Source: an uncultured Acidobacteriota bacterium | GTDB lineage: Bacteria; Acidobacteriota; Thermoanaerobaculia; UBA5066; Gp7-AA6 | Assembly (NCBI GenBank): GCA_963723535.1 | Contig: CAVRRE010000008.1 | Coordinates: forward strand, 49,047-113,046 | DNA: 64,000 nucleotides | Direction: 5' to 3' | In this document: positions 28,886 to 38,688 of the stretch, in pieces | Position numbering within the stretch: position 1 is the first letter of the stretch | Layout of the letters: every line of letters starts with the position of its first letter | The notes under the pieces: generated by a model | What the model saw: the letters and a program-made list of their open reading frames with translations, nothing else | Database searches by the model: none | What the model was told of the DNA's origin: nothing | Position numbers and translations under genes: made by a program

Positions 28886-29698
28886 TCAGACTCCGCCGAG
28901 CTCCTTCGAGCGGGCGGTCGCGGCCTCCACGGCGTCCATCAGGATCGCCCGCAGGCGGTTGCGCTCGAGGCTGTGCAGCGCGGCGATCGCCGTGCCGCCG
29001 GGCGAGGTGACCATGTCCTTCATCATGGCGGGATGGATCTTCATGACCTCGGCCATCTTCGCGGCGCCGAGGACCGTCTGCACGGTGAGCGCCGAGGCCA
29101 CGTCCCGGGAGAGGCCGACGCGCACGCCGGCGTCCGACAGGCCCTCGATGATCTGGAAGACATACATCGGGCCGCTGCCGGAAAGACCCGTGACCGCGTC
29201 GAGCTGATACTCGGGCAGCTCGACGACGAGGCCGATCGACTCGAAGATCTTGCGGGCCTCGGCCATTCGGGCGGCCGTGGCGTGCCGGCCCGCGCAGAGG
29301 ACTGTGGCCGAGAGCTTCACGACGGCGGCGACGTTCGGCATCGCCCGCACGACGGGGACGCGCTCCCCCACGATCGCTTCGATGCGCGACGTCGGGAACC
29401 CCGCGGCGATGGACACGACGAGCTTCTCGCGCGAGATCGCGGAGCGGATCTCGGAGAGCACCCGTTCGAGGATCTGCGGCTTGACGGCGAGGATGACGAT
29501 GTCGGCGGACCGCGCGGCTTCGAGATTGGAGGCGACGACCCGGATGCGGAGCTCCTTCGCGAGCGCCGAGGCCTTCGCGGCCTTCGGGTGCGAGGCCGTC
29601 AGTCGCCCGCGGCGTCCCCAGCCCGACGCCAGGATCCCCCGAAGGAGAGCGGCTCCCATGTTGCCCGCGCCGAGGACGGTGATCCGTTTCTTGTCCAT
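28886..29698 (-). CDS. proC: pyrroline-5-carboxylate reductase
   Basis: ITVLGAGNMGAAL Rossmann motif and the conserved C-terminal ..VTSPGGTAIAAL.. block. Confidence 0.9.
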   Translation of the reverse strand: MDKKRITVLGAGNMGAALLRGILASGWGRRGRLTASHPKAAKASALAKELRIRVVASNLEAARSADIVILAVKPQILERVLSEIRSAISREKLVVSIAAGFPTSRIEAIVGERVPVVRAMPNVAAVVKLSATVLCAGRHATAARMAEARKIFESIGLVVELPEYQLDAVTGLSGSGPMYVFQIIEGLSDAGVRVGLSRDVASALTVQTVLGAAKMAEVMKIHPAMMKDMVTSPGGTAIAALHSLERNRLRAILMDAVEAATARSKELGGV

Positions 29699-29715
29699 TC
29701 CGGGAGAATAGCGCC

Positions 29716-30141
29716 ATGAAGAAGATCAATTTCGGGCGGGTCCTCCTCGGCGGCATCCTCGCCGGCATTCTCATCAACATCTCCGAGTACCTCCGCTACG
29801 ACGTGGTGATGCGCGGAGAGTTCGAGGCCGGGCTGCAGGCCCTCGGCAAAGGCCTTCCGAAGGGCGCCGCCGCGACGACGATCTGGACGCTGTGGGGGTT
29901 CGGCCTCGGGATCGCGGCGGTCTGGCTCTACGCCGCGATCCGTCCGCGCTACGGTCCGGGGGCCGCCACGGCGGTGCGCGCGGGCGTCGCCGTGTGGTTC
30001 TTGACTTCGCTTCTCACCATCATCGCCATGCGCGCTATGGGCCTCTTCGCCATCTCTCCCGCGGCTCTCGTCTGGACGCTCGTCGCGTGCGTCGCCGCGA
30101 CCCTCGCGGGAGCCTGGCTCTACAGGGAGGCGGAAGCCTAG
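29716..30141 (+). CDS. small integral membrane protein, unknown function
   Basis: 141 aa with 4 hydrophobic segments. No motif recognised. Confidence 0.45.
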   Translation: MKKINFGRVLLGGILAGILINISEYLRYDVVMRGEFEAGLQALGKGLPKGAAATTIWTLWGFGLGIAAVWLYAAIRPRYGPGAATAVRAGVAVWFLTSLLTIIAMRAMGLFAISPAALVWTLVACVAATLAGAWLYREAEA

Positions 30142-31262
30142 CCGAGCGCCTGCGTCAGGTCCTCGATCAGATCGTCCGCGTGCTCGAGGCCGACGGACAC
30201 GCGCAGGAGGTCCGGCGGCACCGTCGAGCCCGCTCCTTCGCTCGAGGCCCGATGCTCGAGGAGGCTCTCCGTCCCGCCGAGGCTCGTCGCAACGACGAAG
30301 AGCCGGACGCGCGAGGCGACCCGGATCGCGGCCTCGCGCCCGCCCCGCACCTGCAGCGACAGCATGCCGCCGAAGGCCTTCATCTGCCGCTTCGCCACGG
30401 CGTGGCCGGGGTGGGACTCGAGGCCGGGGTAGTGCACGGTCTCGACCTTCGGATGCGCCGCGAGCGCCCGGGCGAGCGCCAGGGCGTTCGCGCTCTGCGT
30501 CTCCATACGGCAGGCCAGCGTCCGGATCCCGCGCAGGACGAGCCACGAGTTGAAGGGCGAAGCCACGGCGCCGAGGATGTAGCGGACGTGGAGCGCCTTC
30601 TCGTAGAGCTCGCCGCGCTCCTTGAACGCGATCGAGCCTCCCTGCACGTCGCTGTGCCCGCCGAGATACTTCGTCGTCGAGTGCACGACGGCGGCGGCGC
30701 CGAGATCCAGCGGACGCTGCAGCGCGGGCGACGCGAACGTGCCGTCGACCACGAGGTGCGCCCCCGCGCCGCGAGCGACTTCTCCCAGCGCGGCGAGATC
30801 CGCGACCTTCATCAGCGGGTTCGACGGCGACTCGGCCCAGATGAGCTTCGTGTTCGGCCGGAGAGCGCGGCGCACGTTCTCCGGGTCCCCCATGTCGACC
30901 GCGGTGGAATCCATCCCCCAGCGCGGGAGGTAGTCCTTCGCCATCACGCGCATGCCGTAATAGACGTCGTCGGGATAGAGCACGTGCGCGCCCTGCGGGA
31001 GCGCCTGGAGGATCGCCGAAGTCGCCGCCAGTCCGGAGGCCAGGGCGAGGGCCGCCTGCCCGCCGTCGAGCGCGGCGAGGGCTTCCTCGAGCTTCTCCCC
31101 CGTCGGGTTGCCCTCGCGGATGTACATGAATCCACGCGGGATCTCGCCAGCGGGCCCGTGCTCGAAGGTCGTGGACAGATGAATCGGCGGTGCGACGGCA
31201 CCCGTCGCCGGGTCCTTCTCCGAGCCGGCGTGAACCGCGATCGTTTCGAAGCGCATGGGCAC
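30138..31262 (-). CDS. Cys/Met-metabolism PLP enzyme (cystathionine gamma-synthase/lyase family)
   Basis: ..YIREGNPT.. and the PLP-lysine block HSTTKYLGGHSD. Confidence 0.85.
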   Translation of the reverse strand: MPMRFETIAVHAGSEKDPATGAVAPPIHLSTTFEHGPAGEIPRGFMYIREGNPTGEKLEEALAALDGGQAALALASGLAATSAILQALPQGAHVLYPDDVYYGMRVMAKDYLPRWGMDSTAVDMGDPENVRRALRPNTKLIWAESPSNPLMKVADLAALGEVARGAGAHLVVDGTFASPALQRPLDLGAAAVVHSTTKYLGGHSDVQGGSIAFKERGELYEKALHVRYILGAVASPFNSWLVLRGIRTLACRMETQSANALALARALAAHPKVETVHYPGLESHPGHAVAKRQMKAFGGMLSLQVRGGREAAIRVASRVRLFVVATSLGGTESLLEHRASSEGAGSTVPPDLLRVSVGLEHADDLIEDLTQALG

Positions 31263-31413
31263 CCCCGCTTTTTCGGGCGAACTCTTTCACAGGCCGAGGC
31301 TTTCCGCCACGGAATCCGCGGAGCGGCCGGCGTCGTACTTCATGCGAAACCATCCGGCGGGCGCCGGAATCAAAGGCGCTCGGAGGGGGTTTCGCCGTAA
31401 GGAGGTCCATTCC

Positions 31414-32028
31414 TTGAATCCCCGACTGTTCCTGCGAGTCGCGCTCGTTCTGTTTGCGGCCTGCGTCGCAACGCCGTCACTTTCGGCTCCCAACGAGGTC
31501 GCCGTGTTCGCCGGAGGCTGCTTCTGGTGCGAGGAGAGCGCCTTCGAGGATCTGCCCGGCGTCGTCTCCGCCGTCTCCGGCTACGCCGGCGGCACGGCCG
31601 TCAACCCGACCTACGAACAGGTCTCGACCGGCCGCACCGGCCACGCCGAATCGGCGCAGGTCACGTTCGACCCCTCGAAGGTCTCGTATCAGAAACTGCT
31701 CGACGTGTACTGGCACAACATCGATCCGACGCAGAAGGACGGCCAGTTCTGCGACAACGGATCGCAGTACCGCTCGGTGATCTTCTACGCCAACGAAGCC
31801 CAGAAGACGGCGGCGCTCGCCTCCAAGGCGAAGCTCGAGCAGGAGCCGCGGTTCAAGGGACGGATCGCGACCGAAATCGTTCCGCTGACGAAGTTCTATC
31901 CCGCGGAGGAGTACCACCAGAACTACTGCAAGGTGAACCCGCTCCGCTACACGGCCTACTACAAGGGCTGCGGCCGCGAGGCGCGCCTCAAGCAGATCTG
32001 GGGCGACGCAGCCGGAGGTCACCAGTGA
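31414..32028 (+). CDS. msrA: peptide-methionine (S)-S-oxide reductase, secreted form
   Basis: Signal peptide plus the GCFWC active-site motif ([10 protein letters not shown]) and ..AEEYHQNY... The start (TTG 31414) is tentative. Confidence 0.9.
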   Translation: MNPRLFLRVALVLFAACVATPSLSAPNEVAVFAGGCFWCEESAFEDLPGVVSAVSGYAGGTAVNPTYEQVSTGRTGHAESAQVTFDPSKVSYQKLLDVYWHNIDPTQKDGQFCDNGSQYRSVIFYANEAQKTAALASKAKLEQEPRFKGRIATEIVPLTKFYPAEEYHQNYCKVNPLRYTAYYKGCGREARLKQIWGDAAGGHQ

Positions 32029-32611
32029 AACGCGCCTTTCTTTTTCTCGCGCTCGGCATCCTCGGGCTCGCGGCGGCCTTTGCGGCCTCCCGCGCTCCGC
32101 AGACAGCGGCGGCGGCTTCCTCCGCGCCCGCCGCGGGCTCCGCTCCTCCGCGCTGGACGGGAACCTTCCAGAAGCCGTCCGACGCGGAGCTCAAGAAGCG
32201 GCTCACGCCGCTCCAGTACGAGGTCACGCAGCACGAGGCCACCGAGCGGGCGTTCGCCAACACCTACTGGAACAACAAGAAGCCCGGCATCTACGTGGAC
32301 ATCGTGTCGGGCGAGCCGCTCTTCTCGTCGCTCGAGATGTTCGATTCCGGCACCGGATGGCCCAGCTTCTGGCAGCCGCTCGAGCCGTCCAACATCAAGC
32401 AGAGCGGCAACTCGGCGGGTTCCTGGGAACGTACGCCGAGGTGCGCTCGGCCCACGCCAACTCGCACCTCGGACACGTCTTCAGCGACGGGCCGAAGCCG
32501 ACGGGACTGCGTTACTGCATGAACTCGGCGGCGATGTGGTTCATCCCGGCCGAAGATCTCGAGAAGGCCGGCTACGGGAAATACGCTGCCCTGTTCCAGA
32601 CGAAGCCGTAG
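32025..32611 (+). CDS. msrB: peptide-methionine (R)-S-oxide reductase, secreted form; apparent frameshift near 32420
   Basis: ..[25 protein letters not shown].., then in another frame ..[21 protein letters not shown]... GTG 32025 overlaps the msrA stop. Confidence 0.85.
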
Positions 32612-32625
32612 AGGTGTGACGAGGA

Positions 32626-32700
32626 GTTCAAGTGTTGAAATGTTGAAACGTTGAAAGGGCTGAAGCCACCTTCAACACTTGAACATTTCAACACTTTCAA
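32626..32700. terminator. long AT-rich imperfect hairpin built from inverted arrays of the octamer (N)GTTGAAA, between convergent genes
   Basis: Left arm is GTGTTGAAA TGTTGAAA CGTTGAAA. Right arm is TTCAACAC TTGAACAT TTCAACAC TTTCAAC, followed by TTTTG. A 13-bp outer stem plus an inner stem is visible by hand. Confidence 0.45.
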
Positions 32701-32708
32701 CTTTTGCC

Positions 32709-33614
32709 CTAGGGCGTCAGGCCGGGCTCGTAGTGGATGAGGAACTCGAGGAACCGGATCGTCTCGATCATGTCCTTGCCCCGAAAGCGGATCGCGTGCG
32801 CGTCCGTGCGCTCGACGATCGGCAGGTAGGCGAGGACCTCCGACGGCCGATAGCTCTTGAAGCGCACGTCGAGCGTCACCGGGGTCGTCAGGACGTAGGG
32901 CTTCATCTGCGACAGCCGGCCGAGCGCGGTCTTCGCGGCCGCGCGGATCCGGTCGCAGCTCGCCTCCGGCGTCAGCGTGCGCGCCGAGTGGAAGCCGTAG
33001 TTCCACTTCACGACGGCGCCCTCGATCGGGCCCAGCAGCGCCTGGGCCTCCTTCACCGCCGCGTCGTCGCCCGAGATCATCGCCACCGGCACCCGGTAGT
33101 GGCCCGCGATGGCCGCGTCGAGGCCGGCCTCCGGGACCGAGACGCCGTTGAGCCGCACGTCCGCGAGGTTGGCCGAGGACATGGTGTGCGCCCGCACGCC
33201 CTCGGTGTACGTCGTCGAAGAGTGAAACCCGACGAAGAGCACGGCGTCGAAGCTCGCGTCGATCCCCTGCATCATGGCGAGGGGCCGCGGCCACGCGCGC
33301 ACGATCTGGACGTCCTTCGGGAAACGCTCGATCAGGAGGTTCTGCCCGTTGCCGTGGGAATCCGACACGAGGATCTCCGTCGCTCCGGCCGCCCGGGCCC
33401 CGTCGATCGCGGCGAGCACCTCGTTCGTCATGAACCCGCGGAACCGCTCGTACTCGAAACCCGAGGGACCGAGCTGCTCTCCCGTGACGACGCCGGCAAT
33501 GCCTTCCATGTCGGCAGCGATGTAGACCTTGAGCTTCGGCTGGGCGAACCCCGTCGCGGCGGGCGCCGCGAGCAGGAGCGCAAGGACGAGGAAGCGGCGA
33601 AGCGCGATCGTCAT
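32709..33614 (-). CDS. secreted M55-family D-aminopeptidase (DppA-like)
   Basis: ..YIAADMEGIAGV.. and ..ILVSDSHGNG.. are signature DppA/M55 blocks. A signal peptide is present. Confidence 0.8.
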   Translation of the reverse strand: MTIALRRFLVLALLLAAPAATGFAQPKLKVYIAADMEGIAGVVTGEQLGPSGFEYERFRGFMTNEVLAAIDGARAAGATEILVSDSHGNGQNLLIERFPKDVQIVRAWPRPLAMMQGIDASFDAVLFVGFHSSTTYTEGVRAHTMSSANLADVRLNGVSVPEAGLDAAIAGHYRVPVAMISGDDAAVKEAQALLGPIEGAVVKWNYGFHSARTLTPEASCDRIRAAAKTALGRLSQMKPYVLTTPVTLDVRFKSYRPSEVLAYLPIVERTDAHAIRFRGKDMIETIRFLEFLIHYEPGLTP

Positions 33615-34369
33615 CCGCCGGTGGCCGGGGGCTCCGTCCGCGCCTTCGGCATCGCGAACCGCGAATCGTCGATCGGGACGTTGATCTCGATCTTCTGGAA
33701 CTCGAGCGCCTGCGTTTGCGGCACGCCGGAGGCGGACGCCTCGAACAGGTGCGGCAGCATGATGCCGTCGACGTTCTTGTAGTCGCCGATCTTGCTCCGG
33801 ATCTCGACGGTCTGTCCGTCGGCCGTGCGCTTGGTGACGGCGAGGACCTGGAGGTACGTCTTTGCGTCGAGGTAGAGGTCGCGCGCGTCGCCGTTCTTGC
33901 GGATGATGCGCAGGTGCCACGTCTCGACGCCGCCCTCGATCGTCTCCTTGCCGACGAGCTCGATCGTGTTCCCCTTGGCCGCGGCGTCCACGAGGGGACC
34001 ATCGACGTCGGCCTGCATCTCGATGTCCCGGGCTTCCTGGTCGGTCATGATCTGGGGCCCGGTGTCTCCTTCGAACGGCATGATCATCCACGCGGTCTTG
34101 CCGTCGTACGCCTGGACGGCCGTCTGACCCTCGAGGGTGAACTCCCAGCGCGACTTGTTGGGCCGCTTCAGCTCGAGGCTCGTCGGGAGACGGTCGTCCC
34201 CCAGGCGCATCGTCCCCGTCATCCGCATCGACTGGATGCTCTTGATCTTCTCCAGGCCGCCGCGGGCCTGGATGTTCTTCGCGACGATCTCCTCGGCCGT
34301 CTCGGCGGACGACAACGCCGCGCCGAGCCACAGCCCGATTCCCGCGAGTCCCTGGATCTTCCGGTGCAT
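33611..34369 (-). CDS. LolA-like outer-membrane lipoprotein-sorting-fold protein
   Basis: Signal peptide. ..IVAKNIQARGGLEKIKSIQSMRMTG.. and its length (252 aa) resemble the LolA-like fold family. Tentative. Confidence 0.5.
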   Translation of the reverse strand: MHRKIQGLAGIGLWLGAALSSAETAEEIVAKNIQARGGLEKIKSIQSMRMTGTMRLGDDRLPTSLELKRPNKSRWEFTLEGQTAVQAYDGKTAWMIMPFEGDTGPQIMTDQEARDIEMQADVDGPLVDAAAKGNTIELVGKETIEGGVETWHLRIIRKNGDARDLYLDAKTYLQVLAVTKRTADGQTVEIRSKIGDYKNVDGIMLPHLFEASASGVPQTQALEFQKIEINVPIDDSRFAMPKARTEPPATGG

Positions 34370-34504
34370 GGCGGCTCCTGTCGCGCGTGACTCTACCCCA
34401 GGGGCCGCGACCGTCACCGGTCTGAACGGCCTCGTGCCGGCGGGCATCGTCTTCGCGCTCTTCCGTCGCGCCGGCCGGGGCGATAGAAGATAGTCTTCGC
34501 CTCC

Positions 34505-35596
34505 ATGCTGGCGATCGAAGACCTTCCGACACCGTCGGTTCTGGTGGATCTCGACGTGCTCGAGCGGAACGTCCGCGCGATGCAGGAGCGCGCCCGGGCC
34601 GCCGGCGTGAAGCTCCGGCCCCACGCCAAGACGCACAAGTCGCCCGAGGTCGCGCGTCTGCAGCTTTCGGCGGGCGCGGCCGGCCTGACCCTCGCCAAGA
34701 CCTCGGAGGCCGAGATCTTCGCGGCGCTCGGGTTCGACGACGTCTTCATCGGCTATCCCGTCTTCGGCGGCGACAAGGCGAGGCGACTCCTCGTACTCGC
34801 CGACAGGATCCGCCTCACGGTGGGTGTCGACAGCGCCGAAGGAGCGACGAGCCTCGGCGATGTGTTCCACGCCGCCGGCCGGACCCTTCCCGTCCGCCTG
34901 AAGATCGACTGCGGCTATCACCGGGTCGGCGTGGCTCCCGAGAAAGCCGTCGAGACCGCCCGGAGAATCGCGGATCTGCCGGGCATCGCGCTCGCGGGTG
35001 TCTTCACGCATGGCGGCCAGGGCTACGCCGGACGCACGCCGGAAGAAGTCGCCGAGGCGGGGCACGTCGAGGGCCGTGTCGTGGCCGACTCGGCCGAGGC
35101 GATCCGTTCGGCGGGCCTGCCCGTCGAGGAGGTCTCTCTCGGCTCGACGCCGACGGTACGCTCCGCGCTCTCCGAGAAGGGCATCACCGAGTGCCGGCCC
35201 GGGACCTACGTCTACAACGACTTCTCGCAGGTCCAGCTGGGCAGCGCGCGGCTCGAGGACTGCGCCATGACCGTCGTCGCGACGATCGTGAGCGCGCCCG
35301 CGCCCGACCGCGCCGTCTGCGACGCCGGGTCGAAGACCATCTCGAGCGACCCGCTGCGCCCCGCCGGCCCGGGCCACGGACAGATCCTGGGACGGCGGAG
35401 CCGGGTCGCCCGGCTCTCCGAGGAGCACGGCGTCATCGCCGTCGAGCCCGGCGAGGCCTTTCGGGTGGGCGAGCGCGTGCGGATCCTGCCCAACCACGCC
35501 TGCATCGTGTCCAACCTGCACGATCGCCTCGTGGCCGTCCGCGGGGGACGCGTCGAAGGCCAGATCACCGTTGCCGCCCGCGGCTGCGTGCAGTAA
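34505..35596 (+). CDS. D-threonine aldolase/D-serine dehydratase-like PLP enzyme (alanine-racemase N-domain fold)
   Basis: ..LRPHAKTHKSPEVA.. (PLP Lys) and the C-terminal ..EEHGVI..ILPNHAC.. blocks. Confidence 0.75.
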   Translation: MLAIEDLPTPSVLVDLDVLERNVRAMQERARAAGVKLRPHAKTHKSPEVARLQLSAGAAGLTLAKTSEAEIFAALGFDDVFIGYPVFGGDKARRLLVLADRIRLTVGVDSAEGATSLGDVFHAAGRTLPVRLKIDCGYHRVGVAPEKAVETARRIADLPGIALAGVFTHGGQGYAGRTPEEVAEAGHVEGRVVADSAEAIRSAGLPVEEVSLGSTPTVRSALSEKGITECRPGTYVYNDFSQVQLGSARLEDCAMTVVATIVSAPAPDRAVCDAGSKTISSDPLRPAGPGHGQILGRRSRVARLSEEHGVIAVEPGEAFRVGERVRILPNHACIVSNLHDRLVAVRGGRVEGQITVAARGCVQ

Positions 35597-35626
35597 AAGA
35601 CGGGTTTCACGAAAGGAGACACCACG

Positions 35627-36232
35627 ATGTTCCCACGGCCCCGCTTGTTCGCTCTGCTCCTCGCCGCCGCCACCCCGCTCGGCGCCGCCGACACCTACAC
35701 GGTCGACAAGAACCACTCCGACGCGAGCTTCCAGGTCCGGCACCTCGGCTCCAAGGTTCGCGGCGGATTCACCGACTTCGAGGGCACGATCCAGGCCGAC
35801 GCCACGAAGCCCGAGATGTCCTCGGTCGTTTTCAAAATCAAGTCCTCCTCGATCGACACCAACAACGCGGACCGCGACAAGCACCTGCAGTCGCCCGACT
35901 TCTTCGACGCCGCCAAGTGCCCCGACATCACGTTCACGAGCTCGAAGATCACCCCGGCCGGCAAGGACAAGTACGAGGTCGCCGGCACCCTGAACATGCA
36001 CTGCGTCTCGAAGCCGGTCACCCTCCCGGTCAGCTTCGGAGGCTTCGTCAAGGATCCGTGGGGAAACGACCGGGCGATTTTCGAGGTGACCACGCGGCTC
36101 AACCGCAAGGACTACGGGATCAACTGGAACAAGGCTCTCGATGCGGGGGGATTCGTCCTCGCCGACGACGTCGACATCATGATCAACCTCGAGACGGTCA
36201 AGAAGAAGCCCGAGGCGGCCGCCACGAAGTGA
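35627..36232 (+). CDS. YceI-family periplasmic polyisoprenoid-binding protein
   Basis: Signal peptide plus ..YTVDKNHSDASFQVRHLG.SKVRGGF..F.G.I.. as in the YceI signature. Confidence 0.85.
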   Translation: MFPRPRLFALLLAAATPLGAADTYTVDKNHSDASFQVRHLGSKVRGGFTDFEGTIQADATKPEMSSVVFKIKSSSIDTNNADRDKHLQSPDFFDAAKCPDITFTSSKITPAGKDKYEVAGTLNMHCVSKPVTLPVSFGGFVKDPWGNDRAIFEVTTRLNRKDYGINWNKALDAGGFVLADDVDIMINLETVKKKPEAAATK

Positions 36233-36254
36233 GTCCTGGTGTAGAGTTTTTCGG

Positions 36255-37424
36255 ATGACTTTCGATTCTGTGGCCGCTCCGGGAAGCCGGCCGAGGCGGC
36301 GCATCCGTTTCTCCTCGATCGCCGGCTTCGCCTTCGTGCACGTCGCCGCCCTCGGCGTCTTCGCCGTCGGCTTTTCCTGGAAGGGCGTCGCCCTCTGCCT
36401 CGGCTCGTACTACCTGAGGATGTTCGCGATCACCGCGGGGTTCCACCGGTACTTCAGCCACCGGACCTACCGCCTCCCGCGCGTACCGCAGTTCCTTCTC
36501 GCGCTCCTGGGACAGGCGGCGGCGCAGAGGGGCGTGCTCTGGTGGGCCTCCAACCACCGCCACCACCACAAGTACTCGGACCGGCCGGAAGACATCCACA
36601 GCCCGATGCAGAGCGGATTCTGGTGGAGCCACATCGGATGGATCCTCTCGCCCGACTACGACAGGACGGACTACTCCCGGGTTCCCGACCTGGCGAAGTA
36701 TCCCGAGCTCGTCTGGCTCGACCGGCATCCGTACGTCGCGACGGTTCTCTACGGCGTCGGGCTCGCCCTCGCGTTCGGTCCGATCGGTCTCTTCTACGGC
36801 TACTTCCTCTCGACCGTGCTGCTCTGGCACGGCACCTTCTCGATCAACAGCGTGATGCACGTCTTCGGGCGCCGCGCCTTCGCGACGACCGACGACTCGC
36901 GTAACAGCTTCCTCTTCGCTCTGCTGACGATGGGCGAGGGCTGGCACAACAACCACCACTGGGCGCCGGGCTCCGCGGCCCAGGGCTTCCGGTGGTGGGA
37001 GATCGATCCGAGTTTCTACATGCTCTGGCTGGGGGAGCGGCTCGGCCTCGTTCGGAACTTGAATCGGCCGCCGCGACGCTGGCGCGAGGCCGCCCGCGAG
37101 GCCACGCATACGGGCCGAGCCTTTTCGTCGGCCCGCCTCCACGTCGAGGTCCGGACGCTGACCGAGCGCTGGGCGAAACTGCGGGCGTCCGCCCGCGTCA
37201 CCGCCCACGACGCGCTCGTGGAGCTCGAGGCGGCGCGGGAACGCGCCGCGTCGCGGCTCGAGCGGCTCCACGAGGAGGCCTCGGCCGCGGGCGTGCGCGC
37301 CGGACGGCGTCTGGAGGAGATCCATGGCGAGATCGAGAAGGCGCGCGCCCACCTCGTCGAGATCCTCCGGCGTCTCGTGACGACGGCCGAGTCCCTCGGC
37401 CTGCCGGACCCGCAGCCGGGATAG
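36255..37424 (+). CDS. acyl-CoA/acyl-lipid delta-9-type fatty acid desaturase with ~110-aa coiled-coil C-terminal extension
   Basis: Three His boxes (HRYFSH, HRHHHKYSD, HNNHH) and 4 TM segments. Confidence 0.85.
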   Translation: MTFDSVAAPGSRPRRRIRFSSIAGFAFVHVAALGVFAVGFSWKGVALCLGSYYLRMFAITAGFHRYFSHRTYRLPRVPQFLLALLGQAAAQRGVLWWASNHRHHHKYSDRPEDIHSPMQSGFWWSHIGWILSPDYDRTDYSRVPDLAKYPELVWLDRHPYVATVLYGVGLALAFGPIGLFYGYFLSTVLLWHGTFSINSVMHVFGRRAFATTDDSRNSFLFALLTMGEGWHNNHHWAPGSAAQGFRWWEIDPSFYMLWLGERLGLVRNLNRPPRRWREAAREATHTGRAFSSARLHVEVRTLTERWAKLRASARVTAHDALVELEAARERAASRLERLHEEASAAGVRAGRRLEEIHGEIEKARAHLVEILRRLVTTAESLGLPDPQPG

Positions 37425-37449
37425 AGATGCGCTCGGCGGACGCCGCGTC

Positions 37450-38688
37450 ATGAACGGCCCGGCGCAGGCGCTCTTCCTTCGCCGCCTCGCCGCGATCCGC
37501 GACGGACGTCTCGAGCTGCGGCTGCCCGACGGCGCCGTCCGCGAGTTCGGGGATCCGGCTTCCGGCCTGCACGCGATCGTCGAGGTCCGCGACCCCGGCG
37601 TCTTCCGCCGCTTCGTTTTCGGCGGCGACATCGCCTTCGGTGAAACCTACGCGGAGGGCCGATGGAGCTCGCCGGATCTGCCGAGTGTCGTGCGTCTCGG
37701 CGTCCGGAACATGCGCGCCTTCGACGCGGGCCGGCGTCTCACCTCGATCCTCTCGCGCGCCGGCGATCGGCTCCGCCACGCTCTCCGCCGAAATACGGTC
37801 GCCCGCAGTCGCCTGAACATTCGTTACCACTACGACCTGGGCACCGACTTCTACTCGCTTTTCCTGGACCCCTCGCTGACCTATTCCTGCGGCATCTTCG
37901 AGACGCCGGAGACGTCGCTCGCGCAGGCGCAGCTCGCCAAGCTCGACCGGATCGCGCAGTCGCTCGAGCTTGCTCCGGGCGACCGGGTGATCGAGATCGG
38001 ATCGGGCTGGGGCGCCTTCGCGATCCACGCCGCGACCCGCTACGGCTGCCGCGTCGCGACGACCACGATCAGCCGCTCCCAGTACGACTACGTGCGCGAG
38101 CGGCTCGCGCGCGAAGGGGCGTCCGGACGCGTCGAGCTCCTCTTCGAGGACTACCGCCGCCTCACCGGACGCTACGACAAGGCGGTATCGATCGAGATGT
38201 TCGAGGCGGTGGGTCTCGCGTTCTACGACACATTCTTCTCGGCCGTGGACCGTCTTCTCCTTCCGGGCGGCGCGATGCTGCTCCAGACGATCTGGATGAA
38301 CGAGGAACGGTTTCCGCAGTACCACTTCCAGCCCGACTTCATCCAGCGCCACATCTTTCCGGGCTCCGAGCTCGCCTCGATCGGCGAGATTCGCCGCTCG
38401 CTCGCGCGCGCCACGTCGCTCTCCGTCGCCGGCATGGACGAGATCGGCCTGCACTACGTCCGTACGCTCGGGGCGTGGCGGCAGAGCTTTCTCGCCAACC
38501 GCGAGCGCGTGCGCGCTCTGGGCTTCCCCGAAACCTTCATCCGGATGTGGGACTACTACCTCGGCTACTGCGAGGGGGCGTTCGCCGAGCGCTACATCGG
38601 CGACGCGCAGATCCTGCTCGCGAAGGCCGGGACCGCCGCCGCGGCGGGTCGCCCCGCCGCGGGCGAGCTCGAAAAGCGCCGGGCGTGA
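37450..38688 (+). CDS. cfa: cyclopropane-fatty-acyl-phospholipid synthase
   Basis: ..HYDLGTDFYSLFLDPSLTYSCGIF.. and the SAM motif VIEIGSGWG. Confidence 0.85.
   Translation: MNGPAQALFLRRLAAIRDGRLELRLPDGAVREFGDPASGLHAIVEVRDPGVFRRFVFGGDIAFGETYAEGRWSSPDLPSVVRLGVRNMRAFDAGRRLTSILSRAGDRLRHALRRNTVARSRLNIRYHYDLGTDFYSLFLDPSLTYSCGIFETPETSLAQAQLAKLDRIAQSLELAPGDRVIEIGSGWGAFAIHAATRYGCRVATTTISRSQYDYVRERLAREGASGRVELLFEDYRRLTGRYDKAVSIEMFEAVGLAFYDTFFSAVDRLLLPGGAMLLQTIWMNEERFPQYHFQPDFIQRHIFPGSELASIGEIRRSLARATSLSVAGMDEIGLHYVRTLGAWRQSFLANRERVRALGFPETFIRMWDYYLGYCEGAFAERYIGDAQILLAKAGTAAAAGRPAAGELEKRRA

Noticed and set aside
31263-31413. SAM riboswitch upstream of the cystathionine gamma-synthase-family gene
   Set aside because: I could not find the conserved SAM-I, SAM-II or SAM-SAH core sequences in either orientation. 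This is probably just a divergent promoter region shared with msrA.
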